Positions 9,953 to 21,000 of a DNA stretch of 64,000 nt are shown here, piece by piece. Both the position numbers and the translations under genes were made by a program. Within the stretch, counting starts at the first letter, position 1. Every line of letters starts with the position of its first letter. The notes under the pieces were generated by a model. The model saw only the letters and a program-made list of their open reading frames with translations. It searched no databases and was not told the DNA's origin. Origin of the DNA: an uncultured bacterium (GTDB taxonomy: Bacteria; CAYUVA01); assembly GCA_964448115.1 (NCBI GenBank), contig CAYUVA010000001.1, forward strand, positions 1 to 64,000, given 5' to 3'.

Positions 9953-11104
9953 ATGAGAAAGCTTATATTGATAGTGATGATGATGGCTATCGCCTCGATG
10001 TTCTCCAACTGCGTCAGGATAGAGCCTGGAGAGCTGGGCGTAAGGACCAATTATATCTGGGGTGGAGTACAAGAGAAACCTCTGGCCGAGGGCTACGGAT
10101 TCTACCTGCCTTGGTTGATGGATATTACAAAGTACAATGTGCAAAAGCGCACCATTCAGATATTAGAACCAAATCCGGTAGAGGAGCCGCGCAAGGAGGC
10201 GACTGGACTAAAAAGGGAGCATATACTATTCCAATCCAAGGATGGACAGAATGTCTGGGCAACGATCTCAGTTACATATTATCTCGACCCGGACAAACTC
10301 CCCCACCTGCACCGAATATTGGGCAGAGAATACTTCTCGCGCCGGCTCGTTCCCGAGACAATAAACACATCCCGCATCGTCCTGGGTACATTCAATGCAG
10401 CCGAGCTTTACCAAGGGCTGATGCGCGAAGAGGCACAACAGACCATGGCAAAGAGGCTCAACCAATCGCTGAGCCTGGATGGGATCGTTATAGTTAATGT
10501 ACTCCTCGACGATATCACTTTCACCGATGAATATCAGAATGTCATCGAACAAAAGGAGATCGTGGCTCAGGAGATCGAGCTTAACAAGAACCGAACCGCC
10601 GCTGCCAAGGAGTATGCCAAGAAGCTGGAAGCCGAGGCACAAGGTCGCGCCGCAGCAGTCATAGCGGAAGCCGAAGGTCGTCGAAAGGCTATGGAGGAAG
10701 AAGCTAAGGGTAACCTGGCTTTGGCTAAGGCTGATGCTGATGGTAAAAGGTTCCTGGCAGAGGCGATGGGTGGCGGTGAGAATGTGGTCAAGTTCGAGCT
10801 GGCAAAGAACCTCTCCGATAAGATCCAGATATGGGGTGTGCCAACCGGCGGGGGAGGAGGCGATGTCGGATTGCTCGGACTCTATGGATTGCTCGGTCCT
10901 GCCAACCAAGCGAGGATTCAGCCTGTTGAGGCGCAGGGAAAAGTGAAGTCAAAAGCTGGAAAGAAAGAACAGGTTACAAAAAACGATTATCTCAAAGCCC
11001 AAGAAAAACAAAAGCCGGACCATAAACCAGATGCAAAGGAAGAAAAAGCACCACCAATCCAAGAGCTGCAAAAGGAACCTGAGCCTTCAGAAGGTGCATA
11101 TTGA
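9953..11104 (+). CDS. SPFH/band 7 (prohibitin-like) protein, probable lipoprotein
   Basis: GGAGGA RBS precedes ATG 9953. MRKLILIVMMMAIASMFSNC signal/lipobox, IEPGELGV, SKDGQ, Ala/Glu coiled coil, charged tail. Confidence 0.85.
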   Translation: MRKLILIVMMMAIASMFSNCVRIEPGELGVRTNYIWGGVQEKPLAEGYGFYLPWLMDITKYNVQKRTIQILEPNPVEEPRKEATGLKREHILFQSKDGQNVWATISVTYYLDPDKLPHLHRILGREYFSRRLVPETINTSRIVLGTFNAAELYQGLMREEAQQTMAKRLNQSLSLDGIVIVNVLLDDITFTDEYQNVIEQKEIVAQEIELNKNRTAAAKEYAKKLEAEAQGRAAAVIAEAEGRRKAMEEEAKGNLALAKADADGKRFLAEAMGGGENVVKFELAKNLSDKIQIWGVPTGGGGGDVGLLGLYGLLGPANQARIQPVEAQGKVKSKAGKKEQVTKNDYLKAQEKQKPDHKPDAKEEKAPPIQELQKEPEPSEGAY

Positions 11105-11107
11105 TAT

Positions 11108-11524
11108 ATGACTAGCTTCTTCGAGACCTTCAATATCAACAGTCGAGGCTTCTGTGATATCAAGGATATAACCCCTCGGATACAGGAGATCGTGCGTAGA
11201 TCGGGCATTGAAAATGGCACCGTCTGCGTATCCATAGCCGGCAGCACAGCCTCGATAACCACCATCGAGTATGAGTCTGGGGTGCTCAAGGATCTGCGTG
11301 ATGCCATCCAGCGCATGGCTCCGGAAAACATCCCTTATGCACACGATGCGAGGTGGCATGATGGCAATGGCTTCTCTCATGTGCGCGCTGCCTTGCTCGG
11401 TCCCTCGCAGACCTTCCCGGTGGTGCAGGGTAAGGTGCTTCTCGGCACCTGGCAGCAGATCGTCCTATGCGATTTCGACAACAATCCCCGCAATCGCAGA
11501 ATCAATGTGATGGTTGTCGGGTAA
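11108..11524 (+). CDS. yjbQ: YjbQ/UPF0047 family (secondary thiamine-phosphate synthase)
   Basis: [37 protein letters not shown] motifs. Confidence 0.9.
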   Translation: MTSFFETFNINSRGFCDIKDITPRIQEIVRRSGIENGTVCVSIAGSTASITTIEYESGVLKDLRDAIQRMAPENIPYAHDARWHDGNGFSHVRAALLGPSQTFPVVQGKVLLGTWQQIVLCDFDNNPRNRRINVMVVG

Positions 11525-11537
11525 GGCATTCCAACTA

Positions 11538-11565
11538 ATAGGGGTGAGGCGGCGGCTCGCCCTAT
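11538..11565. repeat. GC-rich hairpin, REP-like or terminator of the yjbQ operon
   Basis: ATAGGGGTGAG...CTCGCCCTAT imperfect inverted repeat just after the yjbQ stop; resembles GTAG-type REP units. Confidence 0.45.
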
Positions 11566-11757
11566 ATAGAAGTTCAGGTAGCTTGTTTTTGCTGTAGTGA
11601 TAATGTGCACATTTTAATAATAGTAAAATCATATTTTTCAATAAGTTACAGCCATCAACTGCCAAGCTCGGAAAAATCAACCTGAAGATCTGTTATGCTA
11701 CTTTACTATATCGGCGAGAAATAATATGTTGTATGTAAAAAATAAAGCGTAAGGTGA

Positions 11758-14700
11758 ATGATGGCTAAACTAGAAGATCTAACCATTGGAACCCAAGTCG
11801 ATGGCATAATACCTAATTTAAGCGTAAATATCATCGCCATAAAATGGCACGGATCAGACTGCATCGAACTGACCTATAAAGAACCAAACGGTAGTTTGGG
11901 TGATCGACTCATCTTCCGCGACCAGGAGTGTGAACTTGAAATAAGGTCGGTTTCAACGCCCTGGAGTTTCAATGCAGATAGTAAATTGTTCCGCTTGATA
12001 AGTGAAGCTTATCGCATTCGTCTGGCACACCTGTTCGATCCCCATCTAGCGATCCATACATCATTGATAACTCCCTTGCCGCACCAGATAACCGCGGTCT
12101 ATGATTCCATGCTGCCTCGCCAACCTTTAAGATTCCTTCTAGCTGATGACCCTGGAGCAGGCAAGACTATCATGGCTGGATTGCTAATACGGGAATTGAT
12201 CATCCGTGGCGATGTCGAGAGATGTCTTGTGGTCTGTCCAGGCAACCTCGTGGAGCAATGGCAGGACGAGATGGAAATGAAATTCCATCTGCCTTTTGAG
12301 ATCTTGACCAACGAAAAGCTCGAGGCTGCATCCGGCAACTGGTTTATGAATAACGATCTTGCCATTGCAAGGCTTGATAAACTGAGCCGAGATCAAAAGG
12401 TTCAGGAACTCCTCGAACAGACCGACTGGGACCTTATAATCTGCGATGAAGCGCATAAAATGTCCGCAACTTACTTTGGGGGAGAGGTAAAATACACCAA
12501 GAGATACCACCTTGGGCAGCTCTTATCTGGACTGACCAGGCATTTCCTCTTGATGACCGCCACTCCCCACAATGGTCGGGATGAAGATTTCCAGCTTTTT
12601 ATGGCTCTGCTCGATGGCGATAGATTTGAAGGACGCTTCAGGGACGGCGTCCACACGGTCGATGTTTCCGACCTGATGCGCAGAATGACCAAGGAAGAAC
12701 TGTTGAAATTTGACGGGCGTCCTTTATTCCCGGAAAGGATTGCCAATACGGTAAAATACGACCTGTCGGAGCTTGAAGCCATACTTTATAAAGAAGTAAC
12801 CGACTATGTCAGGGAAGAGTTTAACCGTGCGGATAATATCGAAACTAAGCATCGCGGAACCGTAGGCTTCGCCCTGACCATACTACAAAGACGATTAGCC
12901 TCTTCACCAGAAGCTATCTATCAATCACTGTCTCGACGAAGAAAACGCCTTGAAGCAAGACTCAGGGAAGAAAAATTGAACAAAAGAGGAGCTGAATATC
13001 AAATCGAATACAGATCCAGCCTTGTTCCTCTATCTGAAGAAGATCTCGAACAAATGGAAGATCTGCCCGAAACAGAGATGGAGCAAACAGAGGAGAAGAT
13101 CTTCGACCAGGCTACCGCTGCACGCACTATCGCAGAGCTGGAAGCCGAGATAGATACTCTGCGCCGTCTCGAACAGCTTGCTACACAAGTGGTGCAAAGC
13201 GGCACAGATACTAAATGGGAGCAATTAAGAGAACTGCTCCAAGATAAGACAATGTTCAATAAAAATGGGCATAGAAAAAAACTGGTTATCTTCTCGGAGC
13301 ATAAAGACACCGTCTTTTACCTGGCGGATAGAATTCGGGATTTCTTTGGAAGAGAAGATAACCTGGTCATCATACACGGCAGCATGGGACGAGAGGAAAG
13401 GAAAAAAGCCCAAGAGCTGTTTACTCAGGATGCTTCAGTCCAAATACTGGTGGCTACCGACGCAGCAGGCGAGGGAATAAACCTACAGCGCGCTAACCTG
13501 ATGATAAATTATGACCTGCCATGGAACCCGAACCGAATTGAACAAAGATTCGGTAGAATACACCGCATTGGACAAAGCGAGGTCTGCCACCTCTGGAACC
13601 TGGTCGCATCGGAGACCAGAGAGGGCGATGTCTATCTAAGACTGCTGGAAAAACTGGAGATTGAAAGAGATGCTTTAGGCGGAAAAGTCTTCGATGTGCT
13701 AGGGCGTGTCTTTGAGGGAACCGAGCTACGCAAATTGCTTATTGAGGCGATCAGATACGGGGATTCCCCTGAAACCAGAGCAAAATTGTTGCAGGTGATC
13801 GATGATGAATGGGACCATGTGAAACAGCTCATGGAAGAAAGCTCCCTATCACACGACAAACTAAGTTATGCAAATATTAAAGCCATAAAACAGGAGATGG
13901 AGCGCATCGAAGCACGAAAACTGCAACCACATTTCATTTCATCATTCTTCAAACAGGCTTTTAGCCTTCTCGGCGGAAGCATGATTGAAAAAGAAACCAA
14001 TCGCTACCAGATCAACCATGTCCCATCTATAATACGAAACAGAGACCGGCAGCTCGGCAATAGGGAGCCGATATTGACCAGGTATGAGAGGGTAACCTTT
14101 GAGAAAGACCTGATAAATGTTCCAGGTAAACCGCTGGCTAGCTACATCTGCCCCGGAAGACCACTACTGGATGTGGTTATAGATATAATACTTGAGAGAT
14201 ATCGAGGATTGCTTAAGCAAGGTGCCGTGCTGATCGACCCTGAAAACAACTCGGAAAAACCCCGACTCCTTTTCTTTATAGAACATTCCATAAAAGATGC
14301 CAGGAAAAATAGGGACGGAAGCAACCGAGTCATATCCAAGGAAATACAGTTCGTGGAAATAGACCGAGATGGAAATACTCAATTCGCTGGTTATGCGCCT
14401 CATCTCGATTATCAGCCGATAGCACAGGACGAGCTAAATTACATACAACCGCTGCTTGAACAGGATTGGTTGAGAAAAGACCTCGAAAAGATGGTTATGG
14501 AGTATGCAATAAAAAACCTTGTTCCAAGACATCTAGAGATGATAAGAAAACAGCGCGAATACCTAATCGAAAAAACATTAAATGCGGTTCATGAACGCCT
14601 AGTTTCTGAGATTACCTACTGGGACCATCGAGCACAAGACCTAAAAGCTCAGGAGGAAGCCGGCAGGCAACCAAGAATGAACTGGCAGAAAGCACAGCAG

Positions 14701-15252
14701 AGAGCTGACACACTCCGTGAAAGGCTCGAAAAAAGAATCGAAGAGCTAAAGCTCGAGAAAAACATCTTTCCCGCCCCGCCAATCTGCACCGCAGGCGCAC
14801 TGATCGTGCCCAAAGCAATGTTGATGAAATTAAAAGGAGAACCTAAAGGAGAGATACATTATGCGATCAAAGACACCAAGACATCGGAGCTTATCGCAAT
14901 GAAGGCGGTCATGGAAATCGAGAAACAACTCGGATACTCACCAAAAGATGTTAGCCATCTACGAAATATCGGGTACGATATCGAATCAAAGACCAGAGAT
15001 GGAAAGCTAAGGTTCATAGAGGTTAAAGCTAGAGTTGAAGGTGCAAATACAATCTCCGTATCCAGAAACGAGATAATGGCTGCACTCAATAAACCGGACG
15101 CTTTCATCCTCGCAATCGTGCTTATAAAACAAAATGGGGCGCAAGATGTGATCTATGTACGACAACCGTTTGAGCGTGAACCGGATTTCGCCGTTACAAG
15201 CATCAACTACAATCTCAATGAACTATTGGCAAAAGGAACGAAACCATGTTAA
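11758..15252 (+). CDS. SNF2-family helicase with C-terminal DUF3883 (PD-(D/E)xK-like) nuclease domain
   Basis: LLADDPGAGKT, DEAH, MTATPH, QRFGRIHRIGQ helicase motifs; C-terminal GYDIES...FIEVK. Confidence 0.9.
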   Translation: MMAKLEDLTIGTQVDGIIPNLSVNIIAIKWHGSDCIELTYKEPNGSLGDRLIFRDQECELEIRSVSTPWSFNADSKLFRLISEAYRIRLAHLFDPHLAIHTSLITPLPHQITAVYDSMLPRQPLRFLLADDPGAGKTIMAGLLIRELIIRGDVERCLVVCPGNLVEQWQDEMEMKFHLPFEILTNEKLEAASGNWFMNNDLAIARLDKLSRDQKVQELLEQTDWDLIICDEAHKMSATYFGGEVKYTKRYHLGQLLSGLTRHFLLMTATPHNGRDEDFQLFMALLDGDRFEGRFRDGVHTVDVSDLMRRMTKEELLKFDGRPLFPERIANTVKYDLSELEAILYKEVTDYVREEFNRADNIETKHRGTVGFALTILQRRLASSPEAIYQSLSRRRKRLEARLREEKLNKRGAEYQIEYRSSLVPLSEEDLEQMEDLPETEMEQTEEKIFDQATAARTIAELEAEIDTLRRLEQLATQVVQSGTDTKWEQLRELLQDKTMFNKNGHRKKLVIFSEHKDTVFYLADRIRDFFGREDNLVIIHGSMGREERKKAQELFTQDASVQILVATDAAGEGINLQRANLMINYDLPWNPNRIEQRFGRIHRIGQSEVCHLWNLVASETREGDVYLRLLEKLEIERDALGGKVFDVLGRVFEGTELRKLLIEAIRYGDSPETRAKLLQVIDDEWDHVKQLMEESSLSHDKLSYANIKAIKQEMERIEARKLQPHFISSFFKQAFSLLGGSMIEKETNRYQINHVPSIIRNRDRQLGNREPILTRYERVTFEKDLINVPGKPLASYICPGRPLLDVVIDIILERYRGLLKQGAVLIDPENNSEKPRLLFFIEHSIKDARKNRDGSNRVISKEIQFVEIDRDGNTQFAGYAPHLDYQPIAQDELNYIQPLLEQDWLRKDLEKMVMEYAIKNLVPRHLEMIRKQREYLIEKTLNAVHERLVSEITYWDHRAQDLKAQEEAGRQPRMNWQKAQQRADTLRERLEKRIEELKLEKNIFPAPPICTAGALIVPKAMLMKLKGEPKGEIHYAIKDTKTSELIAMKAVMEIEKQLGYSPKDVSHLRNIGYDIESKTRDGKLRFIEVKARVEGANTISVSRNEIMAALNKPDAFILAIVLIKQNGAQDVIYVRQPFEREPDFAVTSINYNLNELLAKGTKPC

Positions 15253-15299
15253 GATTAAAGCCGTTTCCTGGCTATTGAATGGAGAGCCGGAGTAATAAA

Positions 15300-18068
15300 A
15301 TGAAACAGTACAAGAAGAAACTCATAGAGGTCGCATTACCTCTCGAAGACATAAACCGAGAATCCGCACGAGAAAAATCTATCCGACACGGACATCCCTC
15401 AACCCTGCATCTCTGGTGGGCGAGACGACCATTGGCTGCCTGCCGGGCTGTCTTGTTCGCCCAGTTGGTCGATGACCCCTCGGCGCACCCGGACAAGTAT
15501 CCCACCGAGGAAGCGCAAAACGAGGAGCGCGAGAAGTTGTTCGATATTATCAGGCGATTAGTGGTATGGGAGAACATAAACGACGAGAATGTCCTTAATG
15601 AAGCCAGGCAGAAGATACTGGAATCGACCGACGGCGATCCCCCGCCGGTTTACGACCCCTTCTGTGGCGGAGGATCCATACCACTCGAAGCGCAAAGGCT
15701 CGGACTAAAGGCTTATGCCAGCGACCTTAATCCAGTAGCCGTGTTGATTACCAAGGCTCTAATCGAGATCCCTCCCAAGTTCGCCGACCGACCACCGGTA
15801 AATCCCGAGGCTACACGAAAATCTATGAACACTTACTCAGGAGCACAGGGGCTGGCTGAGGATGTTCGCTACTACGGCAAATGGATGCGAGACCAGGCGG
15901 AAAAGCGCATCGGACACCTCTATCCAAAGGTAAAATTATCAAACGGCAGGGAAGCTACCGTAATAGCATGGTTATGGGCTAGAACCGTAAAGTGTCCCAA
16001 CCCGGCTTGTGGCGCAATGATGCCTTTAGCAAGTAAATTCTGGCTTTCCAAGAAGAAAAACAGGAAAGCCTGGGTGGAGCCTATAATCGAGCCTGGAAAC
16101 CCGCCAAAGGTAAGATTCGAGGTCAGAACCGGCAACGGAGAACCGATGGAGCCACCGAAAGTAGGAAGAGGTGCAAAATTCAAGTGTCTATGTTGTGGAC
16201 ATGCAACCACAGACAAATATATTAAAAAGGAAGGAATAGAAAAAAGATTAAATTCACAGCTAATAGCGATAGTTGCAGAAGGTGATAAAGGAAGAGTTTA
16301 TTTACCCCCAAATAAATATCATAATGATATTGCAAAAAATGTAGAACCTTCATGGTTTCCTGAGGAAGAATTACCATATGAACCACGTGCAATCTGGTGC
16401 ACATTATATGGTTTAAGACAATATAAAGATCTTTTCACTCCTCGGCAGCTTGTAGCGTTGACTACCTTTAGCGACCTGGTCAAGGAAGCACGGGAGAAGG
16501 TCTTGGAGGATGCAATAAAAGCGGGGATGCCTGGAGACTGCAAGGGTATCGCCTCCGGTGGCACCGGCGCCCAGGCTTACGCCGACGCCATAGCAACCTA
16601 TTTAGCATTCGCAGTGGATAAGGGAGCGGACTTCTGGTCAGTAATTTGTAGTTGGAGTACTAACCGCTATACTATTAAAAATACATTTGCCCTTCAAGCT
16701 ATTCCTATGGTTTGGGATTATGCAGAAAGCAATCCATTTAGCAATTCAACAGGGAGTATTAATAGCTTTTTTCTTTATATTCCTTTAGTTGTTCAAAATA
16801 TAAATATCAATTCCCAAAGACTATCTTATTCAGATATTAATGATATCTCAACCAAAGCTATTGAAAAGAATGTTATTTTTTCAACAGATCCGCCTTATTA
16901 TGACAATATCGGCTATGCCGACTTATCGGATTATTTTTATATATGGTTACGAAAATCATTACTTGAGATATATCCTGAACTATTTAATACCATGATGACC
17001 CCAAAGGCATCGGAATTGGTCGCCACACCTTACAGGTTTGAGGGAAACAAAGATAAAGCCAAAATATTCTTTGAAAATGGACTAAGAAAGTTTTTCAAAA
17101 TTATTTATGATAATCATTGTCTAGATTATCCCGCGACGATTTATTATGCTTTTAAGCAGGCAGAAATAGAAAAAGACGGTCATATCGCTTCCACTGGCTG
17201 GGAAACCATGTTGGAAGGATTGATCAGCACTGGTTTTTCTATTACTGGGACTTGGCCTATGAGAACAGAAAGACCTACTGGTATGAAATTTAATGTTAAC
17301 GCCCTTGCATCCTCCATTGTCATTGTTTGTCGTCATCGGTCCAAGGATGCCCCTATGGCGACTCGTCGTGAGTTTTTATCCGCCTTGAAGGCTGAATTGC
17401 CCCCTGCGCTTAGAATGCTGCAATTGGGCAACATAGCCCCGGTCGATCTTGCTCAGGCAGCGATCGGACCGGGCATGTCGATATATAGCCGTTATAGCAA
17501 GATTCTGGAGAGCGACGGCACTGCAATGACGGTTCGCACCGCCTTGCAGCTCATCAACCAGGCTCTTGATGAATTCCTCGCCGAGCAGGAGGGGGAATAC
17601 GATTCCGACACGCGGTGGGCGCTCGCCTGGTTCGGGCAATTCGGGGTCAATGAAGCTGAATATGGGGTCGCAGAGACGCTGGCAAAAGCAAAAAACACAT
17701 CGGTGCAGGGACTTGTGGATGCTGGCATCCTTGAAGCCAAAGCGGGTAAGGTTCGCCTGCTAATGCGGGAGGAAATGGCTGCGGGTTGGGATCCGGAGAA
17801 AGATAAGCGCTTCACCATCTGGGAGGCAGTGCAGTACTTGATTATAGCCCTGGATAAACATGGCGAGGAAGGAGCGGCGAGGTTACTGAAGAAGCTGGGC
17901 GGTGAGGGGGATTCTGCAAGGGATCTTTCTTATCGCTTGTATATCATCTGCGAGCGTAAGAAATGGGCACAGGAAGCGTTGGCATATAACAGCTTAGTGG
18001 TTGCCTGGCCATCTATATCGAGCATAGCCAGCAGGAAGACCTACGGCGAACCGATAAGATTGGAATAA
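15300..18068 (+). CDS. DUF1156-family adenine-specific DNA methyltransferase with Zn ribbon
   Basis: KKLIEVALPL and HLWWARRPLAACRA (DUF1156), DPFCGGGSIP (SAM motif I), TDPPYYDN (motif IV), CPNPAC...CLCC. Confidence 0.9.
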   Translation: MKQYKKKLIEVALPLEDINRESAREKSIRHGHPSTLHLWWARRPLAACRAVLFAQLVDDPSAHPDKYPTEEAQNEEREKLFDIIRRLVVWENINDENVLNEARQKILESTDGDPPPVYDPFCGGGSIPLEAQRLGLKAYASDLNPVAVLITKALIEIPPKFADRPPVNPEATRKSMNTYSGAQGLAEDVRYYGKWMRDQAEKRIGHLYPKVKLSNGREATVIAWLWARTVKCPNPACGAMMPLASKFWLSKKKNRKAWVEPIIEPGNPPKVRFEVRTGNGEPMEPPKVGRGAKFKCLCCGHATTDKYIKKEGIEKRLNSQLIAIVAEGDKGRVYLPPNKYHNDIAKNVEPSWFPEEELPYEPRAIWCTLYGLRQYKDLFTPRQLVALTTFSDLVKEAREKVLEDAIKAGMPGDCKGIASGGTGAQAYADAIATYLAFAVDKGADFWSVICSWSTNRYTIKNTFALQAIPMVWDYAESNPFSNSTGSINSFFLYIPLVVQNININSQRLSYSDINDISTKAIEKNVIFSTDPPYYDNIGYADLSDYFYIWLRKSLLEIYPELFNTMMTPKASELVATPYRFEGNKDKAKIFFENGLRKFFKIIYDNHCLDYPATIYYAFKQAEIEKDGHIASTGWETMLEGLISTGFSITGTWPMRTERPTGMKFNVNALASSIVIVCRHRSKDAPMATRREFLSALKAELPPALRMLQLGNIAPVDLAQAAIGPGMSIYSRYSKILESDGTAMTVRTALQLINQALDEFLAEQEGEYDSDTRWALAWFGQFGVNEAEYGVAETLAKAKNTSVQGLVDAGILEAKAGKVRLLMREEMAAGWDPEKDKRFTIWEAVQYLIIALDKHGEEGAARLLKKLGGEGDSARDLSYRLYIICERKKWAQEALAYNSLVVAWPSISSIASRKTYGEPIRLE

Positions 18069-18080
18069 ACGGAGGGTGAT

Positions 18081-21000
18081 ATGGCGGAAAGCAACAGGCA
18101 AAGAATTGGTAAAGCACTGGATCTGTTGAAGGATGGCTTGTATCCCTTTGTCGAAAGGGAAATGAAAGCCAAATATCAAGACCAGTGGCGAAACCGGGCA
18201 GCGGAAAGCTTCAAGAACAGGGAGGCAAGCGACCTGAATTGGCAGGATGCTTATACCCTGTTGCATATAATGTGGCATAACTGGAATAATGTTTTTTCCA
18301 CGACCTTAGGCTCATTTCAAAGGAGTCTAGTCGCCGAACTTAGGGATGTTCGTAATAGGTGGGCGCACCAGGAATCCTTCAGCACCGACGATGCCGACCG
18401 CGCGTTGGATAGCATACACCGCCTTCTCCAGGATGTTTCTGCTCCGCAGGCTCAAGTAGTTGATGAAATGAAACATGAATTGCGTCGCATCACCTACGAA
18501 GAACGTGCACGCAGAGAGAGCCATAAATTGGCGAACTCGATGCTTGAGGGAGGGGCTGGGGGTGGATTTAAGCCCTGGCGCGATGTTGTAACTCCTCATA
18601 GAGATGTAGCATCGGGGAAGTATCAACAAGCTGAATTCGCCGCCGATCTCTGGCAGGTCTATATGGATCAGTTCTCTGAGAAATCGAGTCTCAATCCAGA
18701 ATATGCGAATCCTCGCGAGTTCTTCCGAAGGACATTTCTGACCGAAGGTTTGCGGAGGCTTCTGGTAGCAACGCTTCGCAGGCTTGATGGAAGCGGCGGG
18801 GATCCGGTCATCGAGCTTCAGACCAATTTCGGCGGTGGCAAAACGCATTCGTTGCTCGCTTTATTCCATCTTTTTTCCAATGATACCCCTGCCTCAGATC
18901 TTGCTGGCGTGGATCAACTGGTCGCCGAGGCATCCTGCACTCCAGCAGCAAATGTAAAAAGGGTGGTGCTTGTAGGCACCAAACTGCAACCTTCGGGTAT
19001 TATCAAGCCGGATGGCATGATCATAAATACTTTATGGGGCGAGCTGGCATATCAACTCGGCGGAATGGAGGCATATAATCTAATCCGCGATTCGGATAAG
19101 AACTCGACCAATCCAGGGGCTTCGTTGATTGAGTTACTACAAAGGTACAGACCGTGTTTGATCCTGGTCGATGAGTGGGTCGCTTATGCCAGGCAGTTAT
19201 ATAACAAGTATGATCTACCATCGGGGAGCTTCGATACACAGTTTACCTTCGCCCAGACCTTGACCGAGGCGGTAAAGTCGGTAAATGGGACTATGCTGGT
19301 AGTGAGTATTCCTCAATCCGATAATGAACTCGGTGGCGAAGCGGGCAAGATAGCGCTGGATCGGCTTCAAAATGCTATGGGGAGGATCGAGGCTCCCTGG
19401 AGACCAGCCACGGAAAAGGAGAGCTTTGAGATAGTTAGGCAGCGCCTTTTTCAGCCTATAACCGAGGAGCAAAAATTCCGTCAAAGGGATGCTGTCATAA
19501 AAAAATTCATGGAGATATACCGCACTAACCAAAGCGAATACCCTTCCGAGGTAAATGATCCGGGCTACGAGGTTCTAATGAAGCTGTCATATCCAGTACA
19601 CCCGGAGGTATTCAAGAGGTTATACATGGAATGGTCCAGCTTGGATAAGTTCCAGCGAACACGCGGTGTGCTTCGCCTCATGGCGGCGGTGATCAGCAAT
19701 CTATGGGAAAACAATGATAAAAATCTTCTGATATTGCCGGCAAGCATCCCGGTATATGCGGTATTAGCGGAATTCAGGAAGTACCTGGATGAGCCTTGGT
19801 CTGCGGTAGTGGAGAAGGATATTGACGGTCCAAGTTCACTACCCATGGAAATAGATCAAAAGATTCAAAACCTGGGCAGGTATTCAGCTTGCCGCAGAGT
19901 AGCTCGCACTATATTCATGGGATCTGCGCCGGTTGTAGCCGCAGCTGGCAGGGGGCTTGATATAAGCAGAATAAAGCTGGGATGCGTGCAACCGGGAGAA
20001 AGCTCGGCGACCTTCAGTGATGCCTTAAGATACTTGTTAGATGAGTCAACTCACCTTTATTCGGATCACTCCCGGTACTGGTATTCGACTCAACCGACTG
20101 TAAACAGGTTAGCCATGGATCGCGCCAAGCAATGTCGCCAGGAGGATGTCTTTGAGGAAATAAAAAGGCGTTTAAAGACAGAAAGAAATAAGCCTGGCGA
20201 TTTTGCTGGGATTCATCCCTGTCCCAATAGTTCCGGAGATGTAACCGATGAAAAAGAAACAAGGCTGGTTATTCTTGGACCGGAATACCCGCATATATCA
20301 GGTAATGATCAGATCAGCAAAGCAAAGCAATTTGCCGAGAATATACTTCAAAAAAGAGGGAATGCTCCTCGTATCTATCGCAATACATTAGTTTTCCTTG
20401 CAGCGGATTATAACAAAAGGTTAAGTGAGTTGGAGCAATCTGTGCGGAATTATCTAGCCTGGTGTTCCATTAAAAGCGAAAAAGAAGAACTGAACCTTGA
20501 TACTCGTCAGATCAATCTGACCGAAAAAAGGGTTGAAGAGGCTTGCGATACAGTTGATGAAAGAATATCGGAGACCTATACATTGCTTCTAGCGCCGGAG
20601 ATGAAAAACCATAAAGATAGAGATTACTCATGGAAGACAATCCGCTGTAAGGGTGGAGATTCGATTACCGTGAGAGCCTCAAAGAAGCTCGAGCAGGAGG
20701 GATTATTATACACGCAAATGGGAGGTGATGTATTAAGATATTGGTTAGATAATATACCGTTGTGGAGGGGGGATCATGTCAAGGTTACGGAGCTCGTGGA
20801 AGACTTTGCAACATATCTATACCTACCGAAGATAAAAGATAACTCGGTGATTCTAAAGGCAATTAAGGATGGTGTAAACCGTCCGACATGGGCATCAAAA
20901 GGCTTCGGATATGCTGAGCTTTATAGCCAGGAGACCGCTGAATATAAGGGTATCAAGGTTGGCGAGCCGATCACACCGAGACTGGATAATAATTGCGTGC

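Noticed and set aside
9907-10909. Long alternative-frame ORFs (9907..10497 +, 10268..10909 -) and similar antisense ORFs elsewhere, e.g. 55102..55842 and 53438..54013
   Set aside because: They fully overlap well-supported genes and have no motifs; typical shadow ORFs.
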